From assembly GCA_025358055.1 (NCBI GenBank), contig JANYKV010000090.1, positions 1,075 through 65,074 on the forward strand: a stretch of 64,000 bases of DNA, written 5' to 3'. This document shows positions 37,474 to 46,394 of the stretch, in pieces (within the stretch, counting starts at the first letter, position 1; the number at the start of each line of letters is the position of its first letter). The position numbers were made by a program, and so were the translations under genes. Source of the stretch: Gemmatimonadota bacterium. Lineage in GTDB: Bacteria > Gemmatimonadota > Gemmatimonadetes > Gemmatimonadales > GWC2-71-9. The notes beneath the pieces were generated by a model that did no database searches, was not told the origin of the DNA, and was given only the letters and a program-made list of their open reading frames with translations.

Positions 37474-38577
37474 CTACCGGCTCCAGAAACGCTCGGGGCG
37501 TACGGCGCCGACCTCCTCGAACAGAACCTCACCGGCCATGAGTCGATCGAGAATCAGAGCTGTGATGCCGGCCAGAAGTATGCCATTGCGTCCGTGTCCG
37601 GTCGCATACCACAGACCCCTCACACTTGGTTCGGCGCCGATGATTGGCAGCCCGTCTGGGGTACCCGGACGCAGGCCCGACCAGGATCGGGTGGACGCGA
37701 CACCGCGGAGGGCAGGACACAACGCCCTAGCCCGTTCTTCGATTCCCCGAATCCCTTCCGAAGTGACCACCGGCTGAAATCCGACGTGTTCCATCGTCGA
37801 CCCGCAGATGGCCTCCCCGTTCCGTGGGACCATGTAAATATCTGTCCCCAGGAAAATCCCTTCGACAACGCCTTGGGGCCAAGGAAACGCGAGCATCTGT
37901 CCCCGAATCGGTTCCACCGAAATCGGGCGGGGGAGCCCTTCCAGCCGTCCACTCCAGGCGCCCGCCGCAACGATCGTGGCCGCGGCCGAATAGATGCTTT
38001 TCCCCCGTGCCCCGGTGATGAGATCGCCGGACCGGGTGAGAGCAGTGATGGTGTCTTGGGCGAGCGTCACGCCAAGTCTCTTCGCGTCGGCCCGGAGCGC
38101 CTCGACCAATTTGAGTGGATCAAGCGAGCCATCTCGGGGCGCCAACAGGGCTCCCGCAGCCTTGCTGAGCCAAGGGCACTGCTCCGCCAGTTCGTCGCGA
38201 TCGAGCCAATCGCACAGGTGACCCTGCTGGCGTTGCCACGCGACCCGGTCTTTCAAGACTGATGCGGCGCTTTCGTCTTTCGCAACGGAAAGGATTCCAT
38301 GGAGTCGGACGCCGATGTCGATACCCGTCATGTCCTTGAGCGGACCGGCCGTCGTTTCGTAGTACTCTCGTCCGGCGAGGCCGAGATGAAACAGTGGGTC
38401 CTCTTGTTCGGCGGCGATTTGTGCCGCCAGAATTCCGGCTGAGGCGCGCCACGCCGCGCCGCTGACTGTTTCGGGCTCGATCAGGCAGACTTGGTGGCCT
38501 GCGAGGGCGATTTGACGGGCGCACGCGGCCCCGACGACACCGCCACCGATGATCAAAACGTCAGGATTGACAGACAC
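37474..38577 (-). CDS. thiO: FAD-dependent glycine/D-amino-acid oxidase family protein (ThiO-like)
   Basis: Motifs VLIIGGGVVGAACA and ATGHGRNGILLAG. Length 367 aa. The gene symbol is tentative. Confidence 0.7.
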   Translation of the reverse strand: MSVNPDVLIIGGGVVGAACARQIALAGHQVCLIEPETVSGAAWRASAGILAAQIAAEQEDPLFHLGLAGREYYETTAGPLKDMTGIDIGVRLHGILSVAKDESAASVLKDRVAWQRQQGHLCDWLDRDELAEQCPWLSKAAGALLAPRDGSLDPLKLVEALRADAKRLGVTLAQDTITALTRSGDLITGARGKSIYSAAATIVAAGAWSGRLEGLPRPISVEPIRGQMLAFPWPQGVVEGIFLGTDIYMVPRNGEAICGSTMEHVGFQPVVTSEGIRGIEERARALCPALRGVASTRSWSGLRPGTPDGLPIIGAEPSVRGLWYATGHGRNGILLAGITALILDRLMAGEVLFEEVGAVRPERFWSR

Positions 38578-38663
38578 TTAGTCCCCGATGAAACTTTGTG
38601 AAACGTCCCCCGTACGATCTCCCGTGTCCCATTCCACCTTGGGCCCCCCTGAAGGAGTATAGT

Positions 38664-38882
38664 ATGGTTCGGTCTATGGTTGGTTTCGCCGGCTTCGCGA
38701 TCGTTGCGCTTATCGGTCTCAAGCTGATGTTTGCCCTGTTGGGCGGCTTCATGGCTATCCTCGGCACCATCCTCTGGTTCGCATTCTGGGGCTGGGTGTT
38801 CTACCTCGTCCTCCGAATTTTGAGCCCGTCGATGGCCGACCGGATCCGCGAGACGATTCGCGGAAAACGGACCGCGGCGTAA
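38664..38882 (+). CDS. small two-TM membrane protein
   Basis: GAAGGAG lies 6 nt before ATG 38664. MVRSMVGFAGFAIVALIGLKLMF...ILWFAFWGWVFYLVL. It is the only plus-strand gene between 18.6 and 43.5 kb. Confidence 0.5.
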   Translation: MVRSMVGFAGFAIVALIGLKLMFALLGGFMAILGTILWFAFWGWVFYLVLRILSPSMADRIRETIRGKRTAA

Positions 38883-38903
38883 CGAAGCGTCGTCCATATC
38901 TGA

Positions 38904-38945
38904 GTAGTGCGGGGTGACTCCCATCACCCCGCACTACCCATTTTC
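38904..38945. terminator. intrinsic terminator between convergent genes
   Basis: gtagtgcggggtga (38904-17) and tcaccccgcactac (38924-37) form a perfect 14-bp stem with a 6-nt loop, followed by ccatttt. Confidence 0.65.
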
Positions 38946-39420
38946 ACCGGTCTGGTGTTGAGCTGTGCGCATGGGCCACCCGCCAGCCGGGTCCCCGAGG
39001 CTTCGGGATGAGAAAGAATGACGCTCGGCCCTCTTTAGTCCTTCCGTCCGCCGCCGACACCCAACGGTATTCCACAAATCCCCACGCGACGCCTGACCGG
39101 ACTTCCAAGCGGCTCGACGTGATCGCTACGTCGCCGCCACTTTCGATTCCGGCGAATCGCGGCGGCACGAATCGCATTTCTCCATTCGCAACGATCGCGG
39201 CCCCTTCGGCATAGAGACTGTCGGCCACTTCAAGTTTGCTGTCGGCCCGAAGGACCGCCGTCAGGAAATCGGAGACGTTTTCCTCGACCACCTGCCCGGC
39301 TGAACTCATGATGGGGGATGGGAGGGTGGCCCCACCGGTGCGAGGCGCGGCTCCGCCGCAGCCCGCCATCACCAAGCCGACGACAACAGCTAAGAGGAAA
39401 ACGGATGGGCGGGGGGGCAT
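38944..39420 (-). CDS. lipoprotein, NTF2/SnoaL-like fold suspected
   Basis: ORF trimmed to ATG 39420 (MPPRPSVFLLAVVVGLVMAGC, lipobox). About 130 aa of mixed alpha/beta mature part. The fold assignment is a guess. Confidence 0.45.
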   Translation of the reverse strand: MPPRPSVFLLAVVVGLVMAGCGGAAPRTGGATLPSPIMSSAGQVVEENVSDFLTAVLRADSKLEVADSLYAEGAAIVANGEMRFVPPRFAGIESGGDVAITSSRLEVRSGVAWGFVEYRWVSAADGRTKEGRASFFLIPKPRGPGWRVAHAHSSTPDR

Positions 39421-39422
39421 TT

Positions 39423-40376
39423 CTAGGGGTCGAGCAGTTCGAGCACGCCCCACATGAGCAGGGGGAGGAGAATCTCATGATGGCCGGTGATTTGGATTCC
39501 GGTGCCACCGGCTTTGGTGGGTCGCTGCACCACGTTGACCCGCGGCCGATAGTGGCGGAGCATATCGAAATCGGCCGCGAGAAACTCAGTTGGTTTTCCG
39601 CCGCCAAGATTGCGTGCGATGGTCAGCGCTTTCAGAAAAACCTCGGGCATCACTACAGCGCTTCCCCAATTGAGCACTGCCCCACCGCGGTGGAGGTCGG
39701 GTAGCGAACCCGCCAACCGGCGGAAATCGAGGAGGCTCGTGCTCCCGATCGCCGCGCCCTCGGCCGTGCGGTGTTGATGGATGATCTCGGCCCCGATCGC
39801 GGCATGAACCGTCACCGGAATCCGGTGCCGATGACACGCGAGTAGGACGGAGACTTCGCTGCCGGGCCGGGCGGCTCGCTCCGCGAGCGCTAGGGCTAGG
39901 CCTTCACCCAATCCGTGGCCTCGCTCCGAGGCGAGTGAGATGGCCGCGTTCATTTCCGCACCGGTTTCCTCCACCATACCAAACGTGCCGTCGGCGAGCC
40001 CGCTTTCGACGTCCTCGCTCGTCGCCCCGAAGGCGGCGAGTTCGAAGTCGTGAATGGCCGCGGCGCCATTCATGGCGATGTGGGTCACCATGCCCCGTTC
40101 GATCCATCGCACGAGGAGGGGGCCCAGCCCCACCTTGATGACGTGACCGCCGAGTAAGAGGATGACGCCGCGTTTGGCACGGGCTGCCTCCGCCACGTGA
40201 GTGATAACCGTGCGCAAGTCTCGGGCGGCGAGAATGTCTGGGAGGCTGTCGAGGAACGCATGGAACGATGGATGGGTGCCCGGAGGGTGGGCAAAACTGG
40301 CGAGCTCCACTTTGTTCACCCGGCCGTTGAACGGCACGGTTCGCAGGCGCTCGAGGTCCGGCTCACGGTACTCCAC
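39423..40376 (-). CDS. deoxyhypusine synthase-like family protein
   Basis: ILLLGGHVIKVGLGPLLVRWIERGMVTHIAMNGAAAIHDFELA parallels the DHS block (..TSN/TGA..G.R..I..L...VD.IVTT.G...D/HD). The length and the C-terminal ..LLPLL.. are also DHS-like. The SWGK catalytic-Lys context was not seen. Confidence 0.5.
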   Translation of the reverse strand: MEYREPDLERLRTVPFNGRVNKVELASFAHPPGTHPSFHAFLDSLPDILAARDLRTVITHVAEAARAKRGVILLLGGHVIKVGLGPLLVRWIERGMVTHIAMNGAAAIHDFELAAFGATSEDVESGLADGTFGMVEETGAEMNAAISLASERGHGLGEGLALALAERAARPGSEVSVLLACHRHRIPVTVHAAIGAEIIHQHRTAEGAAIGSTSLLDFRRLAGSLPDLHRGGAVLNWGSAVVMPEVFLKALTIARNLGGGKPTEFLAADFDMLRHYRPRVNVVQRPTKAGGTGIQITGHHEILLPLLMWGVLELLDP

Positions 40377-40378
40377 TC

Positions 40379-41143
40379 TCAGCCGCCGGTGGCCCGAGGG
40401 CCCGCCGGGGCAAGATTCATTTTTTCCAGCTTCATCGTCACGGTTCCCCAGGGGAACCTCGATCGGATCTGAACCGGGATGCGACGAGCATCACTCGTGA
40501 GCCAGAGGATCGCATCGGAGCGCTTGGAAAAGAGGCCGTCGTCGCCTATCGTCGGGTGCAGGACGAAACAGTCGACCTTCGTCCCATCGGGCAACTCCAT
40601 TTCCTCTTGTCGCAGTACTTGTACGATGAGCGGATTCTTTGCTTTCATGAAATAGTTCTGATACTGATACGTCTTCCCGACCTCGAGGGGCGAGGCACGC
40701 ACGAAATAGAAAATGGCCGTATCGTCCAGCGGACGGTCGGGCGTCGGCTCGGTAGTCGGTTTTCCTTGCTGCCGGTAGAAGCCGGAATCCGCGTAAATAT
40801 CGTACAGCCGAATGCGGGACTTGTCGTTCTCGTTGATTTCTTGCCGGAATCGGCGCGAAACAAAATCGTCTACACCGGTCCAGGATTCATTTGAGTTATT
40901 GAGCTTGAACAGGAAGTTTCCGCCTTCCATGTGGAAGCGGAACACGAACGTCGGAGCGCCTCGCACGGTGTCGATCTTGGCCACGCTCATTGAGGCCGTG
41001 CCTAGCCGGAGAATACCGAGCTTCGCGCTGTATTCGAACGATTCTCCGACCCCGAACGGGTACGGGGCGGGTGTCGCATCCGGGCGATGTCGAGGCACAG
41101 TCGCTTGGATGGCGAGGGCCACGACCAAGAAACGTCCGATCAA
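40379..41143 (-). CDS. DUF3108 domain protein, secreted
   Basis: Signal peptide, then GESFEYSAKLGILRLGTASMSV... and ...IPVQIRSRFPWGTVTMKL, as in DUF3108 beta-barrel-like proteins. Confidence 0.7.
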   Translation of the reverse strand: MIGRFLVVALAIQATVPRHRPDATPAPYPFGVGESFEYSAKLGILRLGTASMSVAKIDTVRGAPTFVFRFHMEGGNFLFKLNNSNESWTGVDDFVSRRFRQEINENDKSRIRLYDIYADSGFYRQQGKPTTEPTPDRPLDDTAIFYFVRASPLEVGKTYQYQNYFMKAKNPLIVQVLRQEEMELPDGTKVDCFVLHPTIGDDGLFSKRSDAILWLTSDARRIPVQIRSRFPWGTVTMKLEKMNLAPAGPRATGG

Positions 41144-41928
41144 GGAGTGGCTCCCTCGGGCGCTGCTTCTTTGGTGGAGCGTGCGCTGGAGGTTGGCGGC
41201 GGTGTGGGCAGGCGCAGGTGGCGGCCGGCTTGCCAGATCGCTTTGGCCGCAAGCCAGGGTCTGACCCTGGTGGGGCGCGGGCGGAGGTCGTGACGCTCGA
41301 CCGTTTCAACGGTTTCGATCCGGCGGGCGTGTTGCGCGGCGCGACCGATGAGTTCGGCGTTGGCGGCCCAACCGTCGGTCGTGAGAATCGCGGTTGCCGG
41401 AGTTCGGAATGCGTTTCGGAGTGTCATCAAGCGGAAGGCGACGAACCCGGACACCAAATCCGACACACCCGGCACCCGGACCGAACGCCGGAGCAGAAGC
41501 GGCGCGTACCGGCGGAGCAAACGATAGCCGCGGGAGGACACGCCCGCGAGGATGGCTTGGGTCACGACCAAATCGGCGCCGCTCTCGAGCCGCCGCACCA
41601 ACTCGGGGATGAACTGCGGCCCATGTGTGAAGTCCGCGTGGAGAAGAATGGCGGAGTCTCGTTTCGGTCGGTCGGACCGTTCGAGAGCTAGGCGCAGCAA
41701 TGATTCCACCGTGCGGGCGTAGCCCTTGCGCTCCGAGGTTCGCAGAATCGTAAGCGGAAGCACCTTGGCGTACGGTCTGAGGATCTCCGTAGTCTCGTCG
41801 GTCGACGCATCGTCCCCGACGAGCAGATGATACTCGCGCGGGAACTCCTCGAAGACCTTGCGGATCTTCCAGAGCAACAGACCCACCGTGGGTCCTTCGT
41901 TATGACTCGGTATACAGAGGTAAATCAT
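41140..41928 (-). CDS. family 2 glycosyltransferase (polyprenyl-phosphate sugar synthase-like)
   Basis: MIYLCIPSHNEGPTV, LLVGDDASTDET and ERKGYA, which together give a GT-A fold. Confidence 0.85.
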   Translation of the reverse strand: MIYLCIPSHNEGPTVGLLLWKIRKVFEEFPREYHLLVGDDASTDETTEILRPYAKVLPLTILRTSERKGYARTVESLLRLALERSDRPKRDSAILLHADFTHGPQFIPELVRRLESGADLVVTQAILAGVSSRGYRLLRRYAPLLLRRSVRVPGVSDLVSGFVAFRLMTLRNAFRTPATAILTTDGWAANAELIGRAAQHARRIETVETVERHDLRPRPTRVRPWLAAKAIWQAGRHLRLPTPPPTSSARSTKEAAPEGATP

Positions 41929-41934
41929 TCTCTA

Positions 41935-43020
41935 TCAACGGTCTGAGAGAACGGAACGATACACCGCCAGTACCCGATTTGCCATCGTGACGTAGGAGAA
42001 GTTCTTCACCCGGCGATCGGCTGCGTCCCGCAACGCGTGGCGCTGCTCAGGTTCCCGAACCAGGGACTGGACTGCCCGGGCCAGCGCGGCTGGGTCCCTT
42101 GGGGGAATGAGCAGCCCGGCCCCCCCTTCCAGGAGCTCGGGGATTCCTCCCGCCCGGGTGCCGACCACTGGGACTCCCAACGCCATTGCATCCAATACGG
42201 AGGTTCCCAACCCTTCTTCCACTGAACAAATCACGAACCCATCCGCCGCTGCTATGAGTGCCAGTGGATTCTCGAGGTACCCCGCCAGAAATACGTGGCG
42301 CTCCAATCCAGCCGCGTGGATCTGGCGAAGCAATGCTTGCGCCTGCGCGCCATCTCCAGCGATGGCCCAAACTAGGTCGGGATGTTCGGCCTGGAGCAGC
42401 TTTGCCGCGGCGATCAGCGTCGTGTGGTCCTTTTCCGGCGTCAGCGCCCCCACCGCCACCATCAACGTGCTGTCGAGAGGGATGCCCAGCTCGTTCCGAA
42501 TGTCGCCGGGAACGGTGCCGGCAACTGCCTCGAGGTCGATCCCCGAATACACCACCTCAATCCTCTGCGCGGGGAGGCCACTTTCGACCAACACATCGCG
42601 GACCCGATTCGAGATCGCGAGAGTTCGGTCGACCTGGCTCCAGGCCTTTGGGTGCCGTGGGGGAAAGGTCACTCGGCGCGTCGCCACCAGGCGGCAGTGG
42701 GTTCGGCTGGTAACGAGCCGGGCCAAGGCGAGCGCGTGCGCATCGTGGGCATGGAGCACTGATTGGGGGGTGCTGCGGGCCTTGCGCCACAAGGGAAGCA
42801 CGACTCGGGGATCGATTCCCCAGCGCCAGCTTACCGCCAGCACGGGCACGCCCGTGGCCAGGAGTCTCCGCTCCAACTCCGTTCCTCGTCCAGTGACAAC
42901 CGTTTGCTCCACCTCGGGCACTTCGGACAGCGCACGCGCAAGGAGGTAGACCTGATGCTGCCCACCTCGCCATTCTCTTCCCGATGCGACGTGGATGACC
43001 TTGATGGTAGCGTCGGTCAC
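41935..43020 (-). CDS. family 4 (GT-B) glycosyltransferase
   Basis: C-terminal EGLGTSVLDAMALGVPVVGTRAGGIPELLE (E-x7-E). N-terminal GGQHQVYLLARAL. Confidence 0.88.
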   Translation of the reverse strand: MTDATIKVIHVASGREWRGGQHQVYLLARALSEVPEVEQTVVTGRGTELERRLLATGVPVLAVSWRWGIDPRVVLPLWRKARSTPQSVLHAHDAHALALARLVTSRTHCRLVATRRVTFPPRHPKAWSQVDRTLAISNRVRDVLVESGLPAQRIEVVYSGIDLEAVAGTVPGDIRNELGIPLDSTLMVAVGALTPEKDHTTLIAAAKLLQAEHPDLVWAIAGDGAQAQALLRQIHAAGLERHVFLAGYLENPLALIAAADGFVICSVEEGLGTSVLDAMALGVPVVGTRAGGIPELLEGGAGLLIPPRDPAALARAVQSLVREPEQRHALRDAADRRVKNFSYVTMANRVLAVYRSVLSDR

Positions 43021-43499
43021 CGCGAGAGCGAATCCGGAAATAGCGGACAGCTGGGATCGTCCACTCGACGCAGGTCCACTCGGACACCGATGAGCGGGAG
43101 CATCTTGGGTCCCAGGGCGATCCGGCCAATCCGTGGGGCTCCCGGGATCGGGCTGCCTTGATAGAGCAATACCCCGACCCTTCGGGCCCGCTCATCCAGC
43201 GCCAGCACGCCGAATCCCGGCTTCGGTTCCGCGGGGAGGGGGCCGTCCACGCCAATGACCCACGTAGAGTCCGTCCGTCCCACAATGCCGCGCACCACCG
43301 GCCCTGCGGCCATCCGGACCGCCAGCGAGCCGGGCAACTGCTCCGGCGCATTGGCGAGGGTCTGGCCGGCTTGGTTGAACCCGTCGAGTATTAGCGATGG
43401 TGCGGCGAGGACGGCGATGCCGCACGCCGGGTTGCCCGCCGAACCGTGGCACCCGACGAGGCCAAGCACGAGAAGTGAGGCGGGGGCGAGCCTGGGCAT
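43017..43499 (-). CDS. hypothetical lipoprotein, first gene of the envelope operon
   Basis: MPRLAPASLLVLGLVGC lipobox. A 4-nt overlap with the GT4 gene. No family recognised. Confidence 0.55.
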   Translation of the reverse strand: MPRLAPASLLVLGLVGCHGSAGNPACGIAVLAAPSLILDGFNQAGQTLANAPEQLPGSLAVRMAAGPVVRGIVGRTDSTWVIGVDGPLPAEPKPGFGVLALDERARRVGVLLYQGSPIPGAPRIGRIALGPKMLPLIGVRVDLRRVDDPSCPLFPDSLSR

Positions 43500-43559
43500 G
43501 ATGACCTCTGGGATGGGGGCACATCAGGGACTTTTGAGCGCCACCGCGGTAAGATACAT

Positions 43560-43589
43560 CGAGCTCGCAGGCCATGGCCTGCGAGCTCG
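43560..43589. promoter_or_regulatory. perfect 30-bp palindrome (operator candidate) in the divergent intergenic region
   Basis: In cgagctcgcaggccatggcctgcgagctcg every one of the 15 position pairs is complementary. It lies 61 nt upstream of ATG 43499 (minus) and 65 nt upstream of ATG 43654 (plus). Confidence 0.6.
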
Positions 43590-43590
43590 C

Positions 43591-43620
43591 TTGACGCCTT
43601 TCCCAGGAGCGCCGTACCAT
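43591..43620 (+). promoter_or_regulatory. sigma70-like promoter candidate TTGACG-N17/18-(G)TACCAT for the PspA-like gene
   Basis: TTGACG is at 43591-96 and gtaccat at 43614-20. It is immediately adjacent to the palindrome. Confidence 0.3.
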
Positions 43621-43653
43621 TGGCGTACCGTTCACCTTTCCCTTGGCCTCCGC

Positions 43654-44205
43654 ATGGTTCTTGACGGTCTCAAAGCTCGATTGGAACGACTCCTCGCTGA
43701 ACACGGCGAGCGTGGTGACCCGCGGGCTTACGCGGCCCAACTCCACGAGGCGATGGTCGATACGAAGGTCGGCATCGGCACGATGCGAGAGGCGCTGCAG
43801 GCCACCGAACGAGAGCTCGGAGCGGAACGAAAGAATCTCGAAGACGCCGAGCGACGTGGTAAGTTGGCCGCCTCGATCGCGGATCGTGAAACGGCGGAGA
43901 TTGCGGAGCGCTTTGGAACCAAACACCGCGAGCGAATTGCACTGTTGGAACGGAAACTCCCGGTCCAGCGTGACGAGTTGGCCATGGCCGAACGCCAGCT
44001 GGAGGAGATGGGTCAGGCGTATCGCTCCGCAAGAATGGGTGTCGCGCCAGGGCCCGCCGCGCCAGTCGCGGGGCTTGAGGGAGACGACACTGAATTGCTG
44101 CGCGACCTCGATTCGCTCAAGACAAAAACGAATCGAGATGCCACGCAAGCAGCCATCCAGGCGCAGTTGGCCCATCTGAAGTCCAAATTGGGGAAGCGGC
44201 CCTGA
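43654..44205 (+). CDS. PspA/IM30-like coiled-coil protein
   Basis: ORF 43255..44205 trimmed to ATG 43654. All-helical heptad-rich sequence. The C-terminal AAIQAQLAHLKSKLGKR resembles the PspA ...EQLAQLKAKMKQ ending. Confidence 0.5.
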   Translation: MVLDGLKARLERLLAEHGERGDPRAYAAQLHEAMVDTKVGIGTMREALQATERELGAERKNLEDAERRGKLAASIADRETAEIAERFGTKHRERIALLERKLPVQRDELAMAERQLEEMGQAYRSARMGVAPGPAAPVAGLEGDDTELLRDLDSLKTKTNRDATQAAIQAQLAHLKSKLGKRP

Positions 44206-44366
44206 GCACCGAGGAACCCGGAGTCGTCGGGACCACCGAGACTCTTGCGCAGGCACGGCAAGATCGATCGCACACCGGAACAACATTTTGGCTAGGCACA
44301 AGCTGCTAATACGGCGTGAGGAGTGAGGGCTTCAGTCTCCTTTCTTACCAACAACGCGGAGTAGGC

Positions 44367-45890
44367 GTGTCCACTACGACGAGCGATGATCGCAGTTTCT
44401 TCGGCCACCCTCGCGGCCTCTCCACCTTGTTCTTTACCGAAATGTGGGAACGCTTCAGCTACTACGGCATGCGGGCGTTTCTCATTTTGTTCATGACCGC
44501 CCCGATTGCGGCCGGTGGCCTTGGATTTCCAGTCGTCCAGGCCGGCGCGGTCTATGGCACCTATGCGGCGACCGTCTATCTCATGACCATGGTGGGCGGA
44601 TGGGTCGCGGACAACCTCCTCGGCTATCATCGATCGGTGTTTTGGGGCGGCGTCCTGATCATGTGCGGGCACATCAGCCTCGCGGTCCCGACCATCGGCA
44701 CGTTCTATCTGGGGCTATTGCTGGTGGTGTTCGGGACCGGTCTCTTGAAAGGCAACGTTTCGACGATCGTGGGCCAGCTCTATGCGCCGGAGGATACCCG
44801 ACGTGACGCGGCGTACTCCCTGTATTACATGGGCGTCAACTTAGGCGGCATGCTCGGACCGATCGTAGCGGGGTGGCTCGCTCAGGGTGAAGGCTTCAAG
44901 CAGATTCTCGCGGGTTGGGGGCTGCCGCCGTCGGCGGCGTGGCACTTTGGCTTTGGAGCCGCTGCGGTCGGGATGTTTTGCGGTCTGGTGCAATACACCC
45001 TGGGGCGGAAGCGCATGCCGGCAGCCGCTCATGTTCCCCTGGGCGCCACAACCCCCGAACAAATGGCGGGATCTCGTCGAACCGCCCTTCGGGTAGTGAT
45101 CGGAGTGATTGCCCTCGCGGTTCTCGCCGTTCTGGCGCAATCGCTCGGAGTGATTCACATCTCGGCCACCGGTGTGGCCGGCGCGATGGACTTCGTGCTG
45201 TTCGGTGTCGTGGTTGGCTTTTTCGGATGGCTGTTCCTCGGTGGGACTTGGACTCCGGCCGAGCGAAAGCGACTCGTGGTGATCTTCGTATTGTTCTTCG
45301 GAGCCCTCGTGTTTTGGTCCACGTTCGAGCAGGCCGGATCCACTTTGAACCTGTTCGCCGATCGGAACACTGCCAACACGATTTTCGGAATCTCCTACCC
45401 CGCCAGCTGGCTGCAGTCCGTGAATAGCTTGTTCATCGTTCTCTTTGCTCCCGTGTTCGCCTGGATCTGGCTCCGGCTCGGGAAGCGAGATCCATCCAGC
45501 CCCACCAAGTTTGCCATCGGCCTTTTCTTCCTCGCGAGTTCTGCCGCTGTGATGATGGCCGCGGCCATGGCGGCTTCGGGCGGCGCCAAGGTGAGCCCCA
45601 TGTGGCTTATCGCCTGCTATTTCCTCCAGACGGTCGGCGAGTTGTGCTTGAGTCCGGTCGGTTTGAGCGCCATGTCCCGGCTCGCGCCGGCCCGCGTGGC
45701 GGGGCTTATGATGGGGGTCTGGTTCCTAGCCGCATCGGTAGGAAACAAGGTCGCCGGGCGGGTGGGTGGCTTATTCGAATCGCTCTCGCTGACCACAATT
45801 TTCGGCGGCAATACTGTTGTCGTGCTATTCTTCGCGGTCCTGATGGTGCTGCTCATCCGGCCGATCAAGCGGATGATGGAAAGCGCATGA
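44367..45890 (+). CDS. POT/PTR2 family di-/tripeptide:proton symporter
   Basis: FFGHPRGLSTLFFTEMWERFSYYGMRAFL (ExxERFxYYG). About 14 TM helices. The start is placed at GTG 44367 (GGAG 5 nt upstream); the ORF opens at 44316. Confidence 0.9.
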   Translation: MSTTTSDDRSFFGHPRGLSTLFFTEMWERFSYYGMRAFLILFMTAPIAAGGLGFPVVQAGAVYGTYAATVYLMTMVGGWVADNLLGYHRSVFWGGVLIMCGHISLAVPTIGTFYLGLLLVVFGTGLLKGNVSTIVGQLYAPEDTRRDAAYSLYYMGVNLGGMLGPIVAGWLAQGEGFKQILAGWGLPPSAAWHFGFGAAAVGMFCGLVQYTLGRKRMPAAAHVPLGATTPEQMAGSRRTALRVVIGVIALAVLAVLAQSLGVIHISATGVAGAMDFVLFGVVVGFFGWLFLGGTWTPAERKRLVVIFVLFFGALVFWSTFEQAGSTLNLFADRNTANTIFGISYPASWLQSVNSLFIVLFAPVFAWIWLRLGKRDPSSPTKFAIGLFFLASSAAVMMAAAMAASGGAKVSPMWLIACYFLQTVGELCLSPVGLSAMSRLAPARVAGLMMGVWFLAASVGNKVAGRVGGLFESLSLTTIFGGNTVVVLFFAVLMVLLIRPIKRMMESA

Positions 45891-45964
45891 ACGCGTCCCC
45901 GATGAGGCGTCGGGGGCGGATGGGCTTCGACGGGTTGACGTCATCGGTATGAAGGGTGGTTTTC

Positions 45965-46384
45965 ATGCGCTCACTATGCCTGCTGCTTCTCTTTACCGCG
46001 CTCGCCGCGTCCCCAAACACGGCCCAAACCTCGGCCCAGCCAAGGGTGCGCATCCTGTCCCCGAGGCGGAACCAGGTTGTCCGCGCGCCGGTGACTGTAA
46101 AATTGGCCGCGCATGGGGTTGAGGTGGTGCCGGCGTCTGGGAAAAAGGAGGAGGGGAAAGGCCACCATCATCTGTTTGTCGACGCGGACCCCACCTCGAG
46201 CGATTCCGTGATCCCCAAGAAGCCCCAGATCTTTCATTTGGGCAATGGTGCGAGCGAAGTAGTCCTCACTGCCGAACAACTTCCCCCTGGCCGTCACCGG
46301 ATCATCGCGGTCTTCGCCACGGGTGATCACGTTCCGATGAGAGGGGTCCGCCCCGACACGGTCGTGTTTAAAGTACGGAAGTAA
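45965..46384 (+). CDS. DUF4399 domain protein, secreted
   Basis: Signal peptide MRSLCLLLLFTALAASPNTAQ. KGHHHLFVDA, the block I associate with DUF4399. Confidence 0.7.
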   Translation: MRSLCLLLLFTALAASPNTAQTSAQPRVRILSPRRNQVVRAPVTVKLAAHGVEVVPASGKKEEGKGHHHLFVDADPTSSDSVIPKKPQIFHLGNGASEVVLTAEQLPPGRHRIIAVFATGDHVPMRGVRPDTVVFKVRK

Positions 46385-46394
46385 GGACGCCGCC

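Noticed and set aside
43591-43653. I looked for a sigma54 promoter (TGGCAC-N5-TTGC) upstream of the PspA-like gene, because psp operons are sigma54-dependent in enterobacteria. TGGCGTACCGTTCAC lies at about 43621-43635.
   Set aside because: The -12 element does not match (TCAC instead of TTGC at the required spacing). A sigma70-type TTGACG/TACCAT pair fits better.
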